The notes beneath the pieces were generated by a model, which did no database searches, was not told the origin of the DNA, and saw only the letters and a program-made list of their open reading frames with translations. A stretch of DNA of 63,609 bases, counting the filler, from Globobulimina sp. (lineage: Eukaryota): the NCBI GenBank assembly GCA_003354225.1. It is 10 parts of 10 records of this genome, joined end to end, with 100 filler letters (N's around TTAATTAATTAA, not from the genome) between each part and the next. Parts side by side here need not be neighbours in the genome. Positions count along the whole stretch, not along the records: positions 12,776 to 19,056 come from PIVH01000322.1; positions 19,157 to 25,432 come from PIVH01000323.1; positions 25,533 to 31,807 come from PIVH01000324.1; 7 more parts are not named here. The stretch is one strand, 5' to 3'. This document shows, piece after piece, positions 13,033 through 25,971 of the stretch. Position numbers and translations under genes: made by a program. The stretch's first letter is position 1, and each line of letters opens with the position of its first letter.

Positions 13033-13886
13033 ATGGCTCTGAGAACACAACACATTTTCCGACAATTATATTCAGCAACAAGTAGCACATATAGCTATTT
13101 GATTGGATGTAGTGTGACACGCAAAGCTTTATTGATTGATGGTGTTTTGGAAGAAGCAGCACGAGATATTCAACTAATCACTGAATTAAACTTAGATTTA
13201 GAATATTCTGTAAATACGCAGTAAGTAAAGTTATAATAATTTATAAATATTTGACAGATAACATAACATAAACATTATATTAAACATATAATATTTTAGT
13301 ATGCATGCTGACCATGTTCGATCATGTGAAGAATTAAAAAAAGCGTTCCCGCGTTTGAAATCAGTTCAAGGTGATCGAGTGGCAAACTCTGACATATTAA
13401 TATCTGATAAGGATGTGATTAAATGTGGTCACAATGTTAAACTTTCCTGTCTTTCTACTCCGGGACATACGCCCGGATGTTTTAGTTTCTTTTTAAACGA
13501 TGAAAATGACCCAATGGTATTTACCGGCGATGCTATATTAATTAGAAAATGTGGAAGAACAGATTTTCAAGAAGGAAGTGCTTATGATTTATATGACTCA
13601 ATACAAATATTATACGGTTTACCTGATGCTACGCTTGTATTCCCTGGGCATGTATGTCTATATTCGTTTGCAATATGTACTTGTTTGTATTGTATTATAT
13701 ATATATATATATTGATAGGATTATGTTGGATTGACACAAAGTACCATTGAAGAAGAGAAACTATATAATGTTAGATGTTCAAAAGCAACCACACGGGAAC
13801 AATTTATTGAAACTATGAACCATTTGATATTGAATCCACCGAAAAACATTGAATATAATGTTGCCCAAAATAGAAAACATGGATAA
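13033..13886 (+). CDS. ETHE1: Persulfide dioxygenase (ETHE1-like metallo-beta-lactamase fold), 3 exons
   Basis: FRQLY...STYSYL, spliced NTHMHADHV, TPGHTPG, FTGDAILIRKCGRTDFQEG, PGHDY. Introns 13221-13299 and 13652-13718. Confidence 0.9.
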
Positions 13887-14791
13887 TTAAATTAAATCAA
13901 ATGAAAAAATAAAACTGCATTTTCTCATAACACTGTTATTGCATATCACTCTGGTTTTGTTTGTTTTATTTTCATAATCATCTGTTTGTCGATCGATCGA
14001 TTCCAGCAAACGCACTGCTATTCACTAGTAAATAAAACAGATTCATAGAAAAATAACAGATCCGATTGCTGAATCACTTATATTTTAATTTTTTAATTTC
14101 ATGATCAACCATTTTGATAATCAGCAGTACTGCAGCGAGGATAATATATACAAAACTGAAAGAAAAGGCACTGTTACAAAAAAAATGCATTAACTATAAT
14201 TTTGAGATGTTTATGATGTTCGCGACTCTCTGGAATGTCTTATTCCATTCTTTGGTAAAAAATATATTTCCATTTAATTTGATGTTAACACAGGATTTAA
14301 TATAATAATTATTATAATCGCACGACATAATACATTTTGTAGATGCCATTAACTAGAGCTGAACTGTACATAATACCAATAATTAATTACCAAAATGGCA
14401 TATCCCAATCAGATGGTACTATACAATTAACATTTGATGCTGATTTTGGATATTTATTAGAATCGTAGATCCAACACTCATAATTTTACCATATTATCCA
14501 ATGTATATTGTCCATCAAAATGAGGACATTTATAGGTTCGTTTCCCATATCCATATCCAATACAAGTAATATGATATCCGTCTTAATACATAATCACAAA
14601 TTTGATAAAATATGAATTAGGATATGTTAAATTCCATCCATTAGTTAATCCATTGAGTTTATTGTTTTTCTTTCCTTACAGCTGCATTTTGTCGGTATTT
14701 TGAAATATAATTTCGCAGATTCGGCTTTTATAATCGGCTTAATTTAATTCTCAATCATTTGTCAACTGTTTTTTATCTGACAAGGCATAGA

Positions 14792-15099
14792 ATGTCCACT
14801 CACCGCCAACGTCGCCCAGAAACCCCACAACAAAGAGATAAACGGAATTGCAGAGCAACTAAGTTGAGTCGAACTTGTTCTATATTTGTATACAAAGTGC
14901 ATCTGTGTTATGTACAAACAGAGGTAGAAAGAATTTAGCCGCTCATTTTGAAGATTTATTGGACGCGTTGGGTGTCGATGATCGCAAACATAAATCAGTC
15001 CCACCAAGAAATGAAATATTACTGATGGCCATTCGACGACTGCACGAACTCAAACATCATATTCAGGATCTTGACACTCTACAAAGCAGCAACAAGTAA
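14792..15099 (+). CDS. Small bHLH-like protein (82 aa), 2 exons
   Basis: Intron 14863-14921 gives basic region RDKRNCRATKGRKN, helix 1 LAAHFEDLLDAL and helix 2 RNEILLMAIRRLHEL. Confidence 0.6.
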
Positions 15100-15358
15100 T
15101 TCCAAACACATTTGTTTTTTATTTAAATTTACACTCTTTCACTCTTTGCCTAATTCTTGTTCTATGAGATTATTAAATAATGATCGCTATTCTTTAAATG
15201 CAGAAGAAGTCAAACATTGTTGGTCGATCTATTTTGGTGTCGGTATTATTATTCTCATTTGATTCAATATTGGCAGTGTCCATTTTGTTTTTTTTTTCTT
15301 GTAAAGAAAAAAAGAAAGATGTTTTTTTAAGTGTACATATTAAAACACCCAAACTACC

Positions 15359-18300
15359 ATGTCTTCGCAACAAATCAAAGTGGAGGAATTCGTAAAATTA
15401 TCACGCGATGTCATCGGAACTACACATCCTATTATGATCCGATACCATCGAGTATGTTGTTACATAACGCCTATGCCTCTGCGCATGCAAATATTATGAA
15501 ATAATAAAAAAATAAAAACAAAAATTAAAGTTCCAAGATGATTACCGAGATGAACCATTGCCCATTGGATCATATTGTTACATTGTATTTAATGATAAAC
15601 GGCATGAACCATATCTTGTTTCTGCCATCATACGAAAAGTGGACAAAAAACACATGCAATACACGCTCCAACGTACCAATGACAATCAAATCGAAACCTA
15701 CCGCTGGCATCAAATTGTTGTCACTTACAATAAAGACCTTCATTGCGTAAATATTGAACAGCATAAACAATCCATTCACGCCTCCAAAATAATAAAAATA
15801 AAATCACCCAAAAATAATAAAAACAAACGCAAAAGAAAAAGGGACGAAAATGAAAACACTGCCAATATCGAACCAAATGAGAACAATAAAAGAAGAAAAT
15901 TGAATGATTTGAGTGCTGAGAGCACGCACAATCGACCGGATCGTGGTTTGTTGAGCATCGCGCAGCCTTATTTTCCAATTGTTAAGTTTTGTTTTGATGC
16001 ATTGCAAAACAACAAATTAAATGCATAAATATTTTATAGCCTCATCCGTATTTTCGACAAAATGCGTTATTAAAATGGAAAGGAAACGATTACCGCGAAT
16101 ATCAGGATAGGAAAGAGCCAAATTTATTGAATCCAGTCAATGATTGGGAGGTTGGACGCATTGTCGATTTTGATGTCGAGAAAGACATTGTTTACATTCA
16201 AAACACATATCGATGCGGCACAAAAGACGAAGAGGATAAGGAGTTGTTACAAGTGAATTGGACACAATTCGCAAAGAAAACGTGTGCGCAATTTATAGAG
16301 CATTTATATCTATTTCAACTCAAACAACCTGTGTATTATTGGTGGGACAGACCAGGTACATTTTCTTTATATTTCTATATCCAATTCCCTCAAAAATGTA
16401 CTTTTTTCAGGCTGTGGTTCAGTGTGCAACGACACAGTGCAATCCTTGGATTACGGCGCCGACAACGACCTACTATACGGCATCACGGGTGGCACCAAAA
16501 AGAAACTCAAATGCTACAACGAAGAGAACCTAAAATGGGTCCACAAAGACGGCCTGTTCCAAACCACCGCGCGCAACAAAACCTTAATGAGCAAATACAT
16601 TTCGCGCAGCTACCCCATCGAAGGCGGCTTCTCCTCCCACTCCACCAACAAAGTGAAGAAGCTCTATGACGTCGTCGTGGTCGGTGCCGGCATGGCGGGT
16701 TTGACCACGCGTTGGGCGCTCCATAACACCCACAAGTACACACTAAAAATCTTGGAAGCTCAGGATTACATCGGCGGGCGCTTAAAACCCCACACTTTCC
16801 CGGCCAAAACCGTCTGCGATCCCAATAAGAACACGTATAACGTACCGGAACTATCGGTGGAATTAGGCGCTGCCTTCCTCAGTGGCTCTGGCAAAGACAA
16901 CCGATTTTGGACGTGGCTGCAACGAAAACAGCGGCATATATGTACGGATTGGGGCGGCTATAATAACGGTTGGTGGAATGGAGAGAGTTTCATAGACTCA
17001 CAACTCGGCGCCTTTGTGTCGCCGATTATTATCGAACGGATTAAGAATATATGCGACGATATACAGATATTATGCTGTAAGCTGTTAATGCCTCTGTGCG
17101 ATATGTCTGTGGTGGCTGGTTTGCAGTATTTGGGCGTGCGGATACCGAGCGAGCAGTTGTTCGGAAAGGAAGATGTGGCGAATCGCGGCGAAGTGGAGAG
17201 GTATTTCTATGATGTTTATGAGAAGTACAAGATACTGAGCGCGAATTGGGTCGGCCCGCAAGGATTATGGCAGCAGCAACAGACGGTGGAATTACAGAAT
17301 TTGGATTTTGAGGCTTTGTATCGGTTTTTGAAGGCCGTGTTTAAGAGCAATAAGCGAGGGAAGAAGTGGTTGGTGGCGACGGAGAAATTGATAATGGATT
17401 ATTACGGCGATAAGACCAATATAAAGACGCAGAATTTCGATGTGTACGCCGAGCAGAAGCAATATGAGGAGGAGCAGATGGATTTTAATAATGACACTGT
17501 TGTGGTTATCAATGGCAAGCAAGAGAATGATGCGGATGGTGCGGAAGATTCAGAAGCTACGGAATCGGAAAATGATCACTCTGTCACATTGAGTCCGTTG
17601 TTGTCGCCTATAAAAATACCCAATAACCCAATCAATTGGGAATCAAAAGGTATGTCATTCAGTTTTGTGACTTTTGTCCCATTTATATCCAATTTATATA
17701 CGGTTCTGAAATGTTTCCCAACCAAAACGTTTTCGGAATTTTTTCAGAAGCGTTTTTCAGATTTTTTCCATGTACAAACGTAACATTTTTCAATTACATT
17801 TTTTAGTGTCGCCACATGTGAATTGGGCAGAGATTGTGAAATATGATGTGTCTGACTATCACGGCGCAGCGTATCATTATAAGTTTGGATTTCGTGATGT
17901 TTTGGTTCGAGATATCATCCATCCGCCGCATGAAGAAGAAGCGTCGGAATTTGAGAAAACCACTGGACTGTCCTCGATGGAATATGAGCGGTTTAAAAAC
18001 GCATTGCAACATTTGGCGGATTGTAATATATTTTCTTATCATTTATTTTTTTTACGATGCGATGCAAAATGGAGACACCATCCAAAAGCACAACAATTAC
18101 TGGATCGATTTAAGGACGATTTAGAATTATTTGATACCGCCATTGAGGATTTTCAAAAGATTCTAAGCGGAAAAGTATTGGATGAAAATATTCATAAACC
18201 ACAGGTTTATCACACAAATAGGAAAACGAAAATGTTTCAAGCAAATAAAGAAAAAGTTATTCAATCAAATGGCCAACAACATGTACATAAGAAAAATATT

Positions 18301-18777
18301 GAAAAGGAACAATTATTCGCAACATTGCGTTTATGTTGTTATACTGTTTATGTTGTTATCAATAATATTTGTTCAATAAATGATAACATGCACAACAATG
18401 TATCATTGATTTTAAATCACGATCTAGATAAATACAGTTCAAATGGCTTTAATATGGATGAGGTACAGAACCATGGTCATAATATGTCGGATAACAGTAA
18501 GAATTTATTAAATAAAAAGGCTTTTCGAATAATTGCATATTGCATATGTTTATGGTATTGGTTAGTACCTGATCTGTGTCAATACATTATGTATTTAAAT
18601 AAATTATCGAATAGTTTATCAGCAAAATCCAAAACTGCAATGCATTTATTGATTGCAGCCTTTTCTTTATATATAATTGCAATCATATTGGTAGCTGCTA
18701 AATATATATTTAAAAATGGTATGAATGAACATGATAAATCTTACTTTTATGTAACTTCGTTTCTTGATGATCGGTAA
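15359..18777 (+). CDS. Multi-exon protein with Tudor/SH3-like barrels and an N-terminal flavin amine oxidase FAD-binding region; 3' end uncertain
   Basis: Exons link through short introns. YDVVVVGAGMAGL (GxGxxG), LEAQDYIGGRL (GG motif), VELGAAF. Upstream beta-rich segments such as WEVGRIVDFDVEKDIVYI. Confidence 0.6.
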
Positions 18778-19056
18778 TAATAACAAAAAAGTAGGATTTA
18801 AAATGTTTTTAATTCCAAAGATTGGAAAGTTATCACAAGATTGGCACAGTTATTATTTGTGATTGGTTCGATTTTAATGGTAATCAGTGACGTTTATGTG
18901 ATAAATGCAGAATGTACTCATTTTGCATTTGGATATAAATCTACATCGGAGAGTAGATATTGTGGAATTGCACAAATTACCACACATTTGATTGGTATTT
19001 TGTTGCCGATTTATATTAGTTTAGACATTGAATTTGAGATAAATAATATTTTTCGT
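18450..19056 (+). CDS. Multi-pass membrane protein region, partial; may be a separate gene or the end of the upstream gene
   Basis: Hydrophobic helices in the 3' part of ORF 17770-18777 and in ORF 18841-19056; splice linkage not resolved. Confidence 0.4.
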
Positions 19057-19156
19057 NNNNNNNNNNNNNNNNNNNNNNNNNNNNNNNNNNNNNNNNNNNN
19101 TTAATTAATTAANNNNNNNNNNNNNNNNNNNNNNNNNNNNNNNNNNNNNNNNNNNN
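19057..19156. other. Artificial contig linker
   Basis: N44-TTAATTAATTAA-N44. Confidence 0.99.
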
Positions 19157-19614
19157 ATACGAGCAAAGTTATGTTTTTACATAATGTCGTCCTACGGCGA
19201 ATTGCAGGCTTAGACCCATATGGCTTATCCGATGAAAAATTGATGGATTGGACATTGTCGCAGGAATATAATAATACATTTGGCAATTTACGATTGGATG
19301 ATTTCTTCTTTTATAAATTGATTGGAAGTGAAATGGTTATTGCCCCAGAGGCGAAATTGGATGAAGTGAAGGCGAATCCGGCGACAACTGAGTATAAAAT
19401 GAATACGCCGCGCTTGAACTCATTGTTAATGCGGAAGTTTTCATTCGGAACATCGGATTTATTGATGCATGAGATTGAATATAAAATTACGGCGGCCGAC
19501 AACAGCAATAATCGTATTCGAACGAGCCAGAATGACAGTGTCAATCGCATCCGTGGTGTAGACAATAATCGCAAACGCGTTGTTGGTTTTAGAAAGGCAT
19601 CGAGTGTCATTTAG
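19157..19614 (+). CDS. 3' end of an unidentified gene
   Basis: Open frame from the contig start to TAG 19612-19614, with coding-like composition. Confidence 0.55.
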
Positions 19615-19853
19615 TTTATGTGACATAAGCGTCACACAAAATATATTACATTACTTGCAAAACAACTCTTTTTTGTATTATATTCCTTTTCCTGTGCATG
19701 GTGTAGTATATTTGTATATTTTTATTAAGTTAGTAACCCTATTCTCTTCTCCGTTTATTTTTAATTATAGTAACATACAACAATGGTCTCCTGATACCTC
19801 AAATCATGCGCACAATACAAACATTATTATGCAAACCACTGTGATAGCGCCAA

Positions 19854-22800
19854 ATGACTGACACAAAATACAAAACAGGGTATATGGTCAGTACCCGCAA
19901 GAGAGAGCACGTACAACATCTTTACAATTACATAGAAAAAAACCAACACTCCATAAGAGGTTATTTTAAAAAAGTTGAAATAATCATGAACAAATCACTG
20001 CGCTGGATCACAATCAGAATGCCAGTGCACCGTTATAACCCAATTAAATACCACATAAAAAACACCTTCCCCAAATCGATCCGACTCAAATTCAAAACCA
20101 TCCCCTTTACGAACAACGCAAATCCGCCTACAATGGAACCACAGCTGCATGCATACCACAGAGATCCAGCAGTGATCAAAGAAATACATGATTTTGTCAT
20201 CAACCATAACTATAATCAAAATCAACCCATAATCCAACAATCCGTCCGCCATAATAAGTATCACATAAAATGGATGGTTCCAGCAGATGGTGACATAAAT
20301 CAAATCCAATCCCATTGGCGTTCGCTCCGCAGATTCAACTGTGCAAATATACACAAAGTGAATCACACCAATCATGTAAATAATATGAAAAATAATGCAG
20401 TACTGGCACTCAACCAAGTATTCAAGCACGCGGTAGATGAATACAAAACTGAACACGAACCGCTACGACGTGCCAAAAAATACCTCGTCCACAAAGTGAT
20501 CCAGTCGCATCTCAATAATGATCTATTCTGCAAGGCGGACATACCGAATATCATCCAAAAGTTCCCTTTCCTACAACAGTACGCCCCGCAACTTGAGCCA
20601 ATCACTGCGACCAAGATATCATTGAAAAATCTGACCATCGGGTTTCTGAACATTAACGGCTCTGCAGAGTACCGTACACAACAAACCCATCCATACATGC
20701 AGCAACTGATCACGCAACACAAACTTGACATAATATGCCTAATAGACACCCGACGCACTGCCAGACCAAAATGGACTGTCCCCGGCTACGCCTTAATTGC
20801 ACATAAAGCACCAAAACAAACTAGTAACCCCGGCAAGATTGGCGGCATAATCATCTATAAAAAACGGCACCTCAGAAACAAAATCCATTGTGTCAGCAAA
20901 ACAAGAGGCCAAAACACCGTATGGCTCTCAATTACATTCGCTGACCAACTGCTCCCTACATACGTATCCATAAATTATGCCAGACCGCATAGAACAGATA
21001 ACCAAGAACGCAGCGTCAAATTCTATAACACATTGACAGCAGACATCCAACGCTATAAACGTAACTGCCACAATATCTTTGTAATCGGCGATTTCAACGC
21101 CAGAATGGGAGATGAGACCACTGACCATAATAAGAATGCGCATTACCATCATATGAAATCTCTGCTAATGCACACTTCGCTGCGCATCGCTAACCCAATA
21201 TTTGCCCCCCATTTCCTAACGAGTCTGTCCAAAGATGCTGCCCATTCCGGTGGCTCCATAATAGACCTTGTTATGACCAATAAATTGCATTCCATAGAAT
21301 CACTCAAAGTAGATACGCACCCAATATTCACCGATCATAGGCCTGTAATATTTGCACTCAAAGAAACAAAATGCAACGTCACATACGCTGATCACCACTA
21401 CGTACTACGTGGATATCAGCCACAACCAGAGCTAGTAACTGTACATAGAAAGATAATCTCTGACCGATTACCACATCTCGAGCGCTTTGCTGCCAACGCC
21501 AGTTCCTACACAAACCCTGCAGATAGAGACTTCATTTCCCATATCTCATCATTATGCACCTCCTACACCCTGCAGCTAGCGACTATCAAAGCGTTCGGTG
21601 TTTCCGACTTTGACTCAATCAGCAAATGGAGCAACTCATCCATTGACCACATCCTCCTTAATATCAAACAGCAGAGCCTAAATAATACTAATAATGAGTA
21701 CGTCCGCGGCGGTGAGATCATTGCCAAAGCAAAAGAACTATACCGACAAACTAAAATAAACGCCCTGCAACACAACACCATTAGGTTTGGCAATCTCGCT
21801 CATTGTCAGAAACTAAAAACGTTCAAATCCATGAATAACAGATTACAGTATGCCGAGGATGAGCCCCATCTGAAATACAATAATAAAATAGTCCCCAAAG
21901 ACGTAGCATTGGCTGATCACTTTGCGAAAATAAATGGGCCAATATCTGACCCCATTAATCCAGAAATTCAGACCATAAATCAATTCGACCAGGAACTGAA
22001 TAATTTTGTGCATAATCCCATGACCTTCATACCCGCCGTCCCTGTCAGTACCGACTCCTCCTCTTCACCGCCTCCTCTTGAAATGCATCAATCTCACACC
22101 GAGCTCTGGCAACATAATGAGACCGATGTAGCAGTCCCACATTATGACCCCCGATACCTTGAAAACAACACAACAGAATCTGATGAAATCTTCAATCTCA
22201 CCCACGATGGAAATGATAGTGATAATGACATCATCATTGATATGCCTTCAGTGACACCAAACGGAGAGAGCCATGATAATAACAACCATAATGATACGAA
22301 TGAGAGCCAAGATGCCGAGGATCCGTTCCTAAAATACACCTCTGTTGAAATGGCACTGCGTTTTGCCAATGCTAATTCAGCGCCGGGTTATGATGGCATA
22401 AAGGGCACACATCTCAAAATAAATAATGATGTAATAAACAAGCTGCTCTGCAATATGTATAATGTTTGGAATAAGACGTACACCATACCATATTACTGCC
22501 GGTTGGGATCAATCATTTCCATCCTAAAAAAACCCGACGGCGACACTCCAAATCATTACAGACCCATAACGTTACTCCCTCTCATCTTTAAAGCCTATGA
22601 ACGGCTGGTTTTATGGGACATGAACATAAATCATAAATTCAGGAAGAATCTGCATATATTACAAGGCGGCAATAGAGCCAAGAGAGGCGTCCCTGAACAG
22701 ATAGGCACATTGCACCTCGTAGCCGAAACTGCAAAAAGCAAAAACGTACCGTTATACTGTGCATCATTGGACATTCGCAAAGCATTCGATACTGTGTGGC

Positions 22801-25415
22801 GAAAAGGTCTTTTTTACAAATTACGCCACAAATTCAACATTCCCGTCCCACTCTGCAAGATAATTAAAGCCATTTATAATGATTCGCGCTCAGCAATTCG
22901 TAACATCCCTTTTGTAACACGTCTATTCAGACTGCATAATGGTGTGCTTCAAGGATCGGTACTCAGCCCAATATTATTTGCTGCGTTCATTAATGACATG
23001 ATCGATGAGCTACAAGACTCAGGATTCGGCTCCGTGTCACCAGATCCGCTCAATCCAATTTCATGCATATTCTATGCTGATGATGTCATACTGCTTGCAA
23101 ACACTGTAGAGAGTCTGCAGCAACTCCTCAAAATCTGTGAGGAACATAGTAATAAATGGGCGTATTCCTTCAATGATGCCAAATGCAAAACGATGATTTA
23201 TAATGACCCAGACATAACCACCAATAATTTACATAACTATAACGCCGCTGAAATATCCGCAGTCAATGATGAGTATCACATGAAAATCAACCATAACAAC
23301 TACAAACCAGCACCAATGGTCTTGATAACCCCGCTGATTAATAAAAAGGCGATGGCGATTGCGACAGATGGGTGTATCAGAACATATTACAATGATGAAA
23401 TCCCAGTACGCATTCTAGAATCCTTCACATCGCATTGCGTCTATTATAAAAATAAGATATCGAATAAACCGTATCACGTAATATGGGACAACATAATATT
23501 TGACCCAACTTGGTCCATATCCAAAATGCATTATCTGTGTTGCATGAACGGCAAACCTTTGCAGACTGTAACATTCCTCCGATATCTGGGAGCACACCTA
23601 TGTTCTTATGATACCCTCAATTTAGTTTCCACAGTTTGCACAAACCGCAGCTTCCTCAACAAACTTGACCAAAAAGCCAGGTTACTGTCTCAACTGGACT
23701 TCAACCATGATTTTATATCAATGCGTGATAAAATCCAGATCCTTAAAACCTTCTACTTAGTCTACACTGAGATTTTCGCACAAGTTCTGGACTCCGACAC
23801 AATAAACTTAGCAGAAGCAACAAAGAAACACAACAACGTTATAACCAAACACACAGCAATAAAAAATCTCATCCCAGCACAGTTCTCAATCTTCGCAGGC
23901 GTTCCCTCCCCAATCGAACGATGGACAGTGCTGAAATTGTCATTTTATTGGAAGCTCTGTAAAACCAAACCAATCTCATATATGCATAAATGGCAAAGCC
24001 TGCCCCAAATCCGAAACTACACCCTCTACAAACAGTATATGCAACTTAGAGCCCGATGGCTGGCACCTGAACAAAAGCAAATTGATGGTGTCACACAAAT
24101 GATTGATCCATTCAATGCAGCTCTAACTCCGTCTGAATTAAGACCTGCCATCGTAAAAAGGCAACACCGACAAGTCATTGATGCATTTAATGAATATCAC
24201 CCACTCCGTGTCCTAAATCATTGCCTTTCAGACTACAAAGCCATGAACACCTATGAGCGCCTGGACCTTGATACCTATGTCAAAGATAACATGGTGACGC
24301 AGTACAGAGAACTATTCTATTTCTTTAATCAAAAACCAAATCACTGCAAACTGTGCGCTGCTGACACATCCATTCCAATTGAAGCTCATCTTTGCATCCA
24401 ATGCCCAGTCTTGGATTGCTTTCGTTACACATACTGGAACCATGCCAGAGCATCATTCGCCAAAATAGGTGCCAAAATAAACCGTTTCCATAACCAAATC
24501 TTCATGCAACGACTAATAGAATACTGTCAAGATATAAGAATAAATAGATACACACTTTGGAGAATCATTTGTGGTGCTAACAGCTTCGATGAAACCAAAC
24601 TTGAATTTACATATCGATTCTACCAAATTGATGTATCACACGCCAGAAATACATTGTATAAACAAATAGTCTCACAAACACATCGATATCTGAACTATGT
24701 CTATCGCATACATAACAAAACAATATCGCTCAGTTACTGCGTCAATAAATTCAGCCTTGTCCATAACTACCACATTATACACCATACCAGAAACGATACA
24801 ATTCACGATTGGTACAATTATTCACACAAAATACGCCCAACAGACATTATCATTGCAACTGACTCCTCGAATGAACAGAATCGAACAGGCATAGGTATAA
24901 TAATAAAGGATGCTGACAAAATACACTGCCTCGCTCAACCCATTGGGTCACAAACCAACCACTACGGCGAATTATTAGCAATAGCAAAATCAAAATTCTT
25001 TCTCCCGTACTGCAACATAAATCAAACGAATAGGCGAATAATATTATTCACTGATTCCATGTCCAATTTCATCTCACTAATAATAACCCCGCACAACATA
25101 AAAAAACTAACATATAGACAATTATTGAGAAATACACAAAAGCACATCAAAGATAACAACATCATACTATGGAAAGTCAAATCCCATACGAAACCAAAAC
25201 AGCAAGTATTCAATGCGATTGCAGATAGAATGGCCCTTATTGGCAGACTGCATCCCAATAACAATAATCTCATTGTACCGTCGATTGATTCAATACAATT
25301 CGCCAAATATAGGTGTTTCACGACACCACCCGGATCCTCTTTTGGATTCATTGAAACCCTCACAGGGATGTTTAAGCAATCTGTGAGTATGGAGTCAGAC
25401 TTACAACCTGACTGA
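19854..25415 (+). mobile_element. Non-LTR retrotransposon, intact single 1853-aa ORF: N-terminal domain, APE endonuclease, RT, Zn-binding motif, RNase H
   Basis: APE: FLNING, IGDFNA, IIDLV, TDHRPV. RT: APGYDG, YRPITLL, LDIRKAFDTV, GVLQGSVLSP, FYADD, RYLG. Zn motif: CKLC..HLCIQC. RNase H: ATDSS, TNHYGEL, FTDS, WKVKSH, NAIAD. Intronless, A/C-skewed. Confidence 0.95.
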
Positions 25416-25432
25416 ATTTTGCCCCACTACTA

Positions 25433-25532
25433 NNNNNNNNNNNNNNNNNNNNNNNNNNNNNNNNNNNNNNNNNNNNTTAATTAATTAANNNNNNNNNNNN
25501 NNNNNNNNNNNNNNNNNNNNNNNNNNNNNNNN
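25433..25532. other. Artificial contig linker
   Basis: N44-TTAATTAATTAA-N44. Confidence 0.99.
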
Positions 25533-25793
25533 TGCTCTTTGTTGATTTTGAGCATTGCCGCCATAACAAGGCCATAATCCATATACGCCTGATACTGTAT
25601 TCATGCTCAATTCGTCATCAGTTTTTAATGCAATGTATAATATGATGACAAGAACGATAATCAGCACACAACACGCACCAACAATCAATATGTTTCTTTT
25701 GTGAATTGGGATTGCTTTGTTTGGCGAAACGGAATGATTGGGTATGAGGGCATTTGTGTCTTTCTCAAAATCAATATTTGTGGTCATTTCCAT
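25533..25793 (-). CDS. Type II membrane protein, probably PQQ-like beta-propeller; 5' fragment
   Basis: One TM helix, then WPCYGGNAQNQQR, resembling the W..xGG..xN.R start of PQQ-type propellers. Confidence 0.55.
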
Positions 25794-25971
25794 GCTTTGC
25801 GGATTTCGTTTTTATCAAAAAAAGTTGATAAATACTTTATTAAGTAATGAATTTCAGCAAATCATGCATTTAAAACTGGCCATATTATAAAACTGCATTT
25901 AAAACAATTTGTTATGGGTAAAACTGGCCATATTATAATCAAATATAATTTTTTTAATGCAAGGCAATGCA

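Noticed and set aside
14330-14700. Coding-like minus-strand stretch
   Set aside because: Multiple stops and no consistent splice model or motif.
19854-25415. Retron, DGR, group II intron or defence-associated RT
   Set aside because: APE, RT, Zn and RNase H motifs identify a non-LTR retrotransposon; no ncRNA, template repeat or partner genes seen.
25871-25938. 20-bp direct repeat TAAAACTGGCCATATTATAA as a regulatory operator
   Set aside because: Two copies in AT-rich intergenic DNA; a local duplication is sufficient explanation.
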